NCBI GenBank assembly: GCA_013331805.1
Contig: DUFS01000073.1
Coordinates: 3,315 to 18,781, forward strand
Length of the DNA: 15,467 bases
Direction of reading: 5' to 3'
From: Candidatus Micrarchaeota archaeon
GTDB lineage: Archaea > Micrarchaeota > Micrarchaeia > Anstonellales > Anstonellaceae
Part shown: piece after piece, positions 7,880 to 14,176 of the stretch
Layout: every line of letters starts with the position of its first letter
How positions within the stretch are numbered: position 1 is the first letter of the stretch
Program-made: the position numbers and the translations under genes
Notes under the pieces: model-generated
Databases searched by the model: none
Seen by the model: only the letters and a program-made list of their open reading frames with translations
Told to the model about the DNA's origin: nothing

Positions 7880-8533
7880 CTAGCCTTCAGCCGCCAGGTA
7901 TTCTTCAATTTCTTCCTCTGACTTCAGCCCCTGCAGGACCACGCTGTCGTCTATCACCAGTGCAGGGACCTTTTCTATGCCGTGGCGCTTGATAAAGACA
8001 TTGATGAACGGCAATTCAGTATCGTTGGGGAAGGCAAACACGCGCAAATTTGGGTGTTTTTTGCGGAGGCTGTCCAGCACCCCGCCCTGTGCCCGGCACT
8101 CGGGGCAGTCCAATTTCACGCGGTAGAAAAAAAGCACGGTGGTGTAGGGCGAGGAGTCGCAGAATTTCGAGGTTGCCCGCATGTTCAGGTAAAGCCCTGC
8201 GTTGGCAAGGTAATACTGGCTCTTTATGCGCTCGTACTCCGAGTTGATGATGTTGCTCTGCTCATAGTACTGTATCTTCTGCGAAAGCTCATATGCCCTG
8301 GCAGCCTTGGCCTCGGTTGTCTTGGAGACGTATTCGCAAAGCTCGCTTGTGGAGTTGCCCATTGTCTGCGCATAGAGGAAAAGCATGCGCTCGGACTCAG
8401 ACTGGAACATCAATTCGTCCACGCTGGAGCGGAGCTCTCCTGCCCGCATGGAGTCGAGCTGGGTTATGAAGAAGAACCCGAGGAGTGTAATGGCCAGCGT
8501 CAGAAGACCTGCTTTTATGTATGGGCTTGCCAT
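7880..8533 (-). CDS. Membrane-anchored thioredoxin-fold (CxxC) protein
   Basis: N-terminal hydrophobic helix, a helical region, then VLFFY...DCPECRAQG and VPALVID (Trx-fold cis-Pro). GAGGT RBS. Confidence 0.82.
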   Translation of the reverse strand: MASPYIKAGLLTLAITLLGFFFITQLDSMRAGELRSSVDELMFQSESERMLFLYAQTMGNSTSELCEYVSKTTEAKAARAYELSQKIQYYEQSNIINSEYERIKSQYYLANAGLYLNMRATSKFCDSSPYTTVLFFYRVKLDCPECRAQGGVLDSLRKKHPNLRVFAFPNDTELPFINVFIKRHGIEKVPALVIDDSVVLQGLKSEEEIEEYLAAEG

Positions 8534-8575
8534 AGCATCTAAACCTCTTGCCTTGTTTTTTGGTCCAGGGAAAGT

Positions 8576-10042
8576 CTAGCTCGGAGAAGGCCCGCCCTTG
8601 CTCTCCTCCCACATCCTGTGGATGAGCGAGCGGAGCTCATCGCGCTTGCGCTCGAACTCCCCTTCCTCTTCCTGCGACAGTTTCACTTTTTCCACAAACG
8701 ACACCGCCTTTTCCCTTGCCTGCAAAGCAATCGGCGCTGCAGCCGCCTTCATGGCCCTTGCCGGCTCGGACTCCATTCTTACTATTTCAGCCTCCTTGTG
8801 AAGCGCCTTGACATTTGCCTCCAGAAGCTCCTGCTCGCGCTTGAGCTCACGCAGCATGAAGGAAACCTTGCGAATCTCCTCCTTGTCGACAATCCCTTCG
8901 GCCCCGCCCCTCAGGGATTCCAGCGCAGCCATCTGGGAGGAGAGCTTCTTGGAAACATCAGATTGCTTGGTTGCAATATCGTTGTTCGCGTTTGCTATCT
9001 CCTCGGCAATGTCGACGTACTCCTCCTTCAGCTTTTCCTGCGCGGAAAATGCCTCGGTCTCCATTTTCTGGAGCGATGACAGCTTGGAGGTTTGCTTTCG
9101 CACCAGGGAAATCGCATCGGCAAGCTGTTCTGCGACCGCCTCCTTCTGCCTTTTCGCATCGTCGGCCATGCCGCGAAGCTCGGCAAGCTTTTTCTTCGCG
9201 CCTGTTATTGAGCCTTCCTGGTCCGCGTATTCAGAGATTTTCCGCTCGATTTCGATTACCCTGCCGTGCAGGCTCTGCTGCTCCTCCGCAAGGGCTTCCA
9301 TCGCCCCGGCGAGCTCACCCTTCAGGCTTTTTATCTCGGAAAGCTCGGACTGGAGCTCGGCAATGCGCTGGTCGCCTTTGCCCTGCTCGATCTGCTTCCT
9401 GAAGTCCTCCAGCCTTGCCTCGAACGCGCCGAAGAATGTCTCGTTGTCATCGATCTGGGACTGGAGCGTGGATTCGAAGTTCTTGAGGACTGAAAGCTCC
9501 TTGTCAATGCTGCGCTCAGGCTTCTCCCCCCCGCCTGCCCCGACCTGCGGGCCCAACGCAAGCAGCTTTTTCTTCAGCCTGTTCAGCTTTTCGGTTGCCG
9601 ATTTTGCCTGCTCCGAGTATTTCTTGTCAAGCGCTGCAAGCTCGCCTTTCATCTTTTCCGCTTCCTCGGGGCTCATGAGCGAAGTTGTTTCCAGCTTGTG
9701 GAGCTCCCCCTCGATTGCCTCCAGTTCCTCCCCGCCTTTATGCACCTTGGAAAGCAATGCCTCTATGTCCTCCTTGGTCCTTGTTGCCTTTGCCTCCAGC
9801 TTCTCGGTTTTCTGCGCAACGTATTCGCTTGATGGCGCGTGCCAGGTAAGGTATACTTTGGTGAGTTTGTAATCTATAGTTATGAGCTTCTCTTCCTCAA
9901 GCACGTGCGCCCAGTCCTCAATGGTCCGCTGGGGCTGCTTCAGCTCCTTTGCGGCAGCGCCGATTTCGATCTTGCCGCGCTCCTTGACCAGGCGTATCAG
10001 CTGGTCCACTCCCGTGGATATTAGTATGTCATCGAGCGCCAT
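8576..10042 (-). CDS. Hypothetical protein: N-terminal winged-helix-like domain plus long coiled coil (488 aa)
   Basis: TGVDQLIRLVKERGKIEIGAAAKELKQPQRTIEDWAHVLEEEKLITIDY fits an HTH/wing pattern, followed by about 400 aa of E/K/L/A heptad-rich sequence with no Walker motifs. Start moved to ATG 10042 (GGAGGT RBS). Confidence 0.85.
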   Translation of the reverse strand: MALDDILISTGVDQLIRLVKERGKIEIGAAAKELKQPQRTIEDWAHVLEEEKLITIDYKLTKVYLTWHAPSSEYVAQKTEKLEAKATRTKEDIEALLSKVHKGGEELEAIEGELHKLETTSLMSPEEAEKMKGELAALDKKYSEQAKSATEKLNRLKKKLLALGPQVGAGGGEKPERSIDKELSVLKNFESTLQSQIDDNETFFGAFEARLEDFRKQIEQGKGDQRIAELQSELSEIKSLKGELAGAMEALAEEQQSLHGRVIEIERKISEYADQEGSITGAKKKLAELRGMADDAKRQKEAVAEQLADAISLVRKQTSKLSSLQKMETEAFSAQEKLKEEYVDIAEEIANANNDIATKQSDVSKKLSSQMAALESLRGGAEGIVDKEEIRKVSFMLRELKREQELLEANVKALHKEAEIVRMESEPARAMKAAAAPIALQAREKAVSFVEKVKLSQEEEGEFERKRDELRSLIHRMWEESKGGPSPS

Positions 10043-10063
10043 CGCAAAACCTCCAAATCCAAT

Positions 10064-10073
10064 CCTTATAAAG
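10064..10073. promoter_or_regulatory. Putative (bidirectional) TATA box between the divergent wHTH genes
   Basis: CCTTATAAAG reads TTATAAA on + and TTTATAA on -, within the 80-bp divergent gap. Confidence 0.5.
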
Positions 10074-10122
10074 ATTTGTGCGGAACTCCTATTCGTAAAA
10101 TCCATCCGCAAGATGGGGAAAA

Positions 10123-11568
10123 GTGGCCAGCATGATCAGCCCGGACTTCGAAATCAGGCTCAGGCGCGAGGCAAAGACCTCTCTCCAGGTTTTCAAGGAC
10201 CAGTCCATACTCCGCAGGAAATTCGGGGATGACGGAGTCAGGCTCTATGACAGGATATTGGGGGACAAGACCGCGCACGAGCTTTTGGAAGAGCTTGGCA
10301 TGAACGAGGAAAAATTCGTTTCAATACTCGAGTTCATGAACAACAACGGCATGGTCTCGGTCGTGGAGGACGCCGAGCTTGAGTCCGCAAAATCCGCTGC
10401 AGGCAAGCAAGGCGAGGAAAAGGAGGAGTGGGCGCAAGAAAGCGAGCCGGCACTCGGCAAGGAGCCTGAAGAAAAAGAGGAAGGGCTAAGCGAAAAAGAA
10501 GAGGTTGAGGGCAAAGGCGGAAAAGAAGAAGGGGAAGGATCAAGCGAAGAAGAGGAGGGCAAAACAGAAGAAGACAAGGAAAAGCCTGGGCCCGAAAAAT
10601 CCCTGCCTGACGACCAGGGGCGCGATGAAGCGCTGCGCGGCATGCGGGGAAGAAAGCCCCGCCCCCCAAACAGGGCCGAAGTTCCTGAGGAGGAAGGCGA
10701 GCCTCTGCTTTCGCCTTTGGAAAAGGTGCTATTCGAAAAGTACGGGGACGTGGGCGTCCGGATTTACAATCTTATTGACGGGGAGAAAACAGCCGAGGAA
10801 ATACTGCGGCAGACAGGTGTCACCGAAGCCAGGCTTGTGGAAATACTCGAGTTCATGGACGAGCAGGGGATCATCAAGCTTGAAAAGCCGCCCGAGAAAG
10901 AGCCAGGGGAAAAACCCGAGGAAGAGGAGCGCTCAGCCGAGCCCGAGCAGGAGCCGCGCTTCAAGCCCATGATCGAGGAGGAGCCGGAAGAGATGCCCTT
11001 CACCCCTCCCAAGGCGCTTGAAAAGGAAAAGCCAAAGCCGAGAAAAGACGAGATAATGGAGGAGGAAGAGGAGCTGGAGCGCGAAATCGTGATGGTGGAC
11101 GTTCCTGAGCTTGCCAAGCTTTCGCTAATGCAAAAGGCGCTTCTCTTTGCCGAGCTTTCCACCAAGTTCGGAAAAAGCGCCAAGGACCTGATTGAGATGG
11201 TCGACAGCAAGCGGGACTTCATTGACCTTTCGCTTGGCACAGGGCTTTCATTTTTCGACGTTGACGCGATAATGGCGTATTTCGGGAAAAAGGGGCTGAT
11301 GAGCTTCAGGCAGCTGGGCCGCGAGGACATTAAGAAAAAGTACGGCGAGGACGGCTTCGCAATATACAAGCGCTTTGGCAGGGACGGACTCCTGCTTTAC
11401 GAAATGATCGGCAAGGAAGCCAGCCTCAAGGACATAATCGTCAAAAGCAAGCTGGAAGTTGACCGGGCGATAGAAATACTCATTTTCATCCACAGGGTCC
11501 TGGGGCTGGACGTCCCGATCGACAAGGGGCTGATTTATCGCCAGCTGGGAATGCGCAAACCGTATTAG
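10123..11568 (+). CDS. Hypothetical protein with four ~48-aa winged-helix-like repeats and acidic linkers
   Basis: Repeats of K[FY]G..G..[LI]Y..I.G.KT..E[LI]....G......[VI].IL.F....G begin at nt 10219, 10738, 11164 and 11371, separated by E/K/P-rich low-complexity linkers. Start is GTG 10123 or ATG 10132. Confidence 0.88.
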   Translation: MASMISPDFEIRLRREAKTSLQVFKDQSILRRKFGDDGVRLYDRILGDKTAHELLEELGMNEEKFVSILEFMNNNGMVSVVEDAELESAKSAAGKQGEEKEEWAQESEPALGKEPEEKEEGLSEKEEVEGKGGKEEGEGSSEEEEGKTEEDKEKPGPEKSLPDDQGRDEALRGMRGRKPRPPNRAEVPEEEGEPLLSPLEKVLFEKYGDVGVRIYNLIDGEKTAEEILRQTGVTEARLVEILEFMDEQGIIKLEKPPEKEPGEKPEEEERSAEPEQEPRFKPMIEEEPEEMPFTPPKALEKEKPKPRKDEIMEEEEELEREIVMVDVPELAKLSLMQKALLFAELSTKFGKSAKDLIEMVDSKRDFIDLSLGTGLSFFDVDAIMAYFGKKGLMSFRQLGREDIKKKYGEDGFAIYKRFGRDGLLLYEMIGKEASLKDIIVKSKLEVDRAIEILIFIHRVLGLDVPIDKGLIYRQLGMRKPY

Positions 11569-11595
11569 GTTTGCGCAGACATGCCCGCAGGCATG
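11551..11595. repeat. Double inverted repeat (double-hairpin module) enclosing the stop codon of the 10123 gene
   Basis: TGCGCAAACC(11552-11561)-gtatta-GGTTTGCGCA(11568-11577), GA spacer, then CATGCC(11580-11585)-cgca-GGCATG(11590-11595). Confidence 0.88.
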
Positions 11596-11609
11596 AAGAT
11601 GAGAAAGCC

Positions 11610-12038
11610 CTACCGATTCAGTATCCTGCTCAGTGCCATCCTCTCAATCGCAAGCCCGCCTTCGCTGTATTTTCCAATTTTCTTGCCCCATTCGGGCAAA
11701 GCCAATCGCCTGCATTTCTTTAGGAGCAGCTTCTTCTTCAGTTTCGAAATCGGAATTCCCTTTTTTGACACCAGCACGAAGTCCTTCACGCTTTTTGCCC
11801 CGATTTTCCGCGCTGCCGAGGAAAAGTTCGTTTCATTTGCAAGGAACAGCAATGCCTCGTTTGCCATCTTGCCAGAAATGTTTTTTTTCGCCGAGAATTC
11901 GGATTCGGCAAGCAAGAACGCGGCTTCCAGCTCCTTTTTGGTACGCATTGCTGCGGGATCGAGCAGCAGCATTCCTTGCGCAGCCTTCACAAGCTCGTGC
12001 ATGCTTGCGGCGGACGAGGAGCAGCGCAGGATCAGCAT
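11610..12038 (-). CDS. cgi121: KEOPS complex subunit Cgi121 (divergent)
   Basis: A...F..KKNISGKMANEALLFLA.....SSAARKIGAK and C-terminal IERMAL match the Cgi121 pattern. ATG 12038 lies about 23 nt from TTTAAA, so it is probably leaderless. Confidence 0.75.
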   Translation of the reverse strand: MLILRCSSSAASMHELVKAAQGMLLLDPAAMRTKKELEAAFLLAESEFSAKKNISGKMANEALLFLANETNFSSAARKIGAKSVKDFVLVSKKGIPISKLKKKLLLKKCRRLALPEWGKKIGKYSEGGLAIERMALSRILNR

Positions 12039-12060
12039 GCGTAGGTGCTCCGGTATAACC

Positions 12061-12068
12061 TTTAAAAA
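12061..12068. promoter_or_regulatory. Putative TATA box shared by divergent cgi121 and rps8e
   Basis: TTTAAAAA in the 79-bp divergent gap. Confidence 0.55.
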
Positions 12069-12117
12069 CAAGTGCCAGGATAAGCATTCCGCATTCGCGA
12101 TTCGAGGAGGTTATGGA

Positions 12118-12498
12118 ATGGAAAATTATCACGGCGCATCAGGATCCACCATCAAGGGCAGCGGAGGCAAGCGTGGCAGGCACTCGGACAAGAAGCTCCG
12201 ATACATCGGCGGGATTTTCACCGCAACTAAAGTGGCAAAAGAGGATGTCCGGATCATGAAAAGCAAGCGTGGGAACGCCTTGAAGATAAAGCTCAAGGCC
12301 GCAAGGTTCGCAAACGTGCTCACCAAGGACGGCATGAAGCGCGTGGCAATAAGAAACGTGCTTGAAACCCCTGACAACCGCCACCACGCCCGCCAGAACA
12401 TCATCACAAAAGGCGCTATCATCGACACCGAGGCAGGCAAGGTCAAAGTCACCAACCGCGTAGGCCAGGACGGGGTTGTGAACGGAAGGCTTCTGTAA
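12118..12498 (+). CDS. rps8e: 30S ribosomal protein S8e (eS8), 126 aa
   Basis: RGNALKIKLK, NVLETPDNRHHARQNIITKGAIIDTEAGKVKVTNRVGQDGVVNG. GAGGAGGT RBS at 12104-12111 fixes the start at 12118 inside the longer ORF-track frame. Confidence 0.97.
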   Translation: MENYHGASGSTIKGSGGKRGRHSDKKLRYIGGIFTATKVAKEDVRIMKSKRGNALKIKLKAARFANVLTKDGMKRVAIRNVLETPDNRHHARQNIITKGAIIDTEAGKVKVTNRVGQDGVVNGRLL

Positions 12499-12628
12499 GG
12501 CAAGGGAAGTTCACAACAAGTGGCTCGGAAGCCACTGTGTCGTCAACGGACGCCTGCTGTAAGGCTTTGGAAGTTGACGATAAGTGGCGCAACAGCGCCA
12601 CTGTGTCGTGAACGGTCGTCTACTCTAG
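12473..12628 (+). repeat. Tandem 64/66-bp double-hairpin units carrying recoded copies of the rps8e 3' end
   Basis: Units at 12473-12536 and 12537-12602 plus a partial third at 12603-12628. Each begins with codons for VVNGRLL*, and the two full units end in AAGTGGC...GCCACT hairpins. Confidence 0.92.
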
Positions 12629-13791
12629 AGCGAAAGCAGAATCGAAGGAATGATTATCAATCCCATTACGTGAGTCCTTCTAATTCCAAGGAGCGGCGGC
12701 AGGATCCCAATCGCAGTCGCAGTGGCAAAAACCAGAAGACCCGCCCCTCCTGAAATTATCGCCACGGCGCAGGAAAGGTAGGCAAGCACCAGGAGGTTGA
12801 TCTTCTTGGTGTCAATCTGCTGAAGCCTGTCGGCATATTTTGATAGCCTCATCAAGAGGAATGCGGAAACGCCAATGGAGACAAGCAGCACCCCGACCAG
12901 GGCAGGCAGGTCTGAAGGCATAACCGGCTCTATCTCGTTCATGATGGCAAGCGCACCCTCCCGCGCCTTGCCAATGGAAAGCAGCGCGGCAAAGGCGAAA
13001 ACGCCATGCGAAGCTGCTATTGATGACACAAGCGCAAGGAATTTCTTCGCATCGTCTGTGACAAGGATGGCTGAGGCAAAAATGGCAATCTGCGCAGGAG
13101 CGGCAATGCCGGGAAGCAGGTCAGAAAGCATTCCGAACAGCACGCCTGCGGCCACATAGGGCAGGAAGTCAAGACGGGTGCTCTCCTTTTTCTGCCTTGG
13201 TATTTTTCGCTGCTGCGTGAAGGAAAGAAGAATGCCGCTTGCTGCAAAGAGCCCTGAAAAGGAAGGGAAGAGCGGGTCATTAACCGCGCCGCGCAGGGTG
13301 GCCAATCCAAGAGCGCCTGAAAGCAGGAAAACGAATGCAGCAAGGGCGATTTTTCCTGCTGCCCTTTCAGACAAAAGCAGATAAATCGAAGCGCCAACCA
13401 GGATTATCGCCATGTGCGGACTAATTGCGCCAAAGGCAATTGGCAGAAGCACAAGCGACACAGGCAGGAGCAGTGCCGATGCCCCTGCGGAGAGCATCAC
13501 AGAAAAGGCGCACACTGCCAGAGCTTGCCGCCCCCTTCCCTCAAGGGCCATCCTGTGTCCCGGGAGCACGGACGCAACAACAGTGTCATCTGGTATTGAA
13601 AGGAAAATAGAGGGGAAGAACTGGAATACCAGATGAGCGCCAAGGACCGCCACGATAATGTATGCGAACGCTTCCGGATCGATCGGAAGGGTGGACAATA
13701 CGGATGCTATTGTGTTGGAGTGTATCCCCGGCACCAAGCCTGAGAAAATCCCAAGAAGGATCCCGGCCAAGAGGGCGATTACCTGAATCAT
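12625..13791 (-). CDS. Tripartite tricarboxylate transporter TctA-family (DUF112, archaeal) membrane protein
   Basis: GIFSGLVPGIHSNT, FFPSIFLSIPD, VLPGHRMALEGRG, LFPSFSGLFA and IRRTHVMG motifs; hydrophobic throughout. Confidence 0.9.
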   Translation of the reverse strand: MIQVIALLAGILLGIFSGLVPGIHSNTIASVLSTLPIDPEAFAYIIVAVLGAHLVFQFFPSIFLSIPDDTVVASVLPGHRMALEGRGRQALAVCAFSVMLSAGASALLLPVSLVLLPIAFGAISPHMAIILVGASIYLLLSERAAGKIALAAFVFLLSGALGLATLRGAVNDPLFPSFSGLFAASGILLSFTQQRKIPRQKKESTRLDFLPYVAAGVLFGMLSDLLPGIAAPAQIAIFASAILVTDDAKKFLALVSSIAASHGVFAFAALLSIGKAREGALAIMNEIEPVMPSDLPALVGVLLVSIGVSAFLLMRLSKYADRLQQIDTKKINLLVLAYLSCAVAIISGGAGLLVFATATAIGILPPLLGIRRTHVMGLIIIPSILLSL

Positions 13792-13800
13792 CGGATCACT

Positions 13801-14136
13801 TCACTTTGCATCTATCCTTTCAGCCTCCAGATACCTGTTGCCCCTGTATTCCTTTATCCTCCCAAGCACGACCGCCACCCTGCCATCGGACAAGAGGTAG
13901 GCTGAGGGTATTTTGCTGAAGCGAACGCTGATGCAGAGCTGGTCGCACAAGGAGAACTTGCCCTCTGTCAAATTTTCCGCAGTCCCCGCCACCTCAGCAA
14001 GGGTGTTTTCCTGCGAAACAAGCGCCTGGGCAATATTCATCCGCCTCGGGGTTTCGTTCATCAGGAAAAGGAGCGCTATGCCCAGGACTGCGACCAGGCA
14101 AGCGGCAACCACCACCTTCTTCTCGTCAAGCTGCAT
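13801..14136 (-). CDS. Small membrane-anchored OB-fold-like protein
   Basis: N-terminal TM helix, then the beta-rich pattern V.G......F.L.D....I.V...V.V.GRIKEYRG..YLEAERI. Start taken at ATG 14136. Confidence 0.7.
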   Translation of the reverse strand: MQLDEKKVVVAACLVAVLGIALLFLMNETPRRMNIAQALVSQENTLAEVAGTAENLTEGKFSLCDQLCISVRFSKIPSAYLLSDGRVAVVLGRIKEYRGNRYLEAERIDAK

Positions 14137-14148
14137 ACACGGCAATGG

Positions 14149-14171
14149 TTAAAAATCGGAAGATTAAAATC
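14149..14171. promoter_or_regulatory. Two TATA-like boxes in a 40-bp divergent gap
   Basis: TTAAAAATC (14149-14157) and TTAAAATC (14164-14171). Confidence 0.5.
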
Positions 14172-14176
14172 CCCTC

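Noticed and set aside
8808..9872. 354-aa + strand ORF and similar Ser/Phe-rich ORFs such as 10764-11369
   Set aside because: Antisense shadows of Glu/Lys-rich real genes.
8576..10042. Coiled-coil protein as the missing SMC or Rad50
   Set aside because: No Walker A/B, ABC signature, hinge or zinc-hook CxxC, and it is too short.
11581..12117. 179-aa N-terminal extension of eS8 in the ORF track, also in frame with the 10123 gene across a single TAG (possible read-through fusion)
   Set aside because: It is antisense to cgi121 with F/S-rich shadow composition, and a strong GAGGAGGT RBS and a TATA box define the start at 12118.
12473..12628. CRISPR array, integron attC, tRNA or SRP RNA interpretation of the repeats
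   Set aside because: There are no identical repeats with unique spacers and no cas genes. The arms do not fit the RYYYAAC/GTTRRRY consensus, no cloverleaf forms, and the region is too short for SRP RNA.
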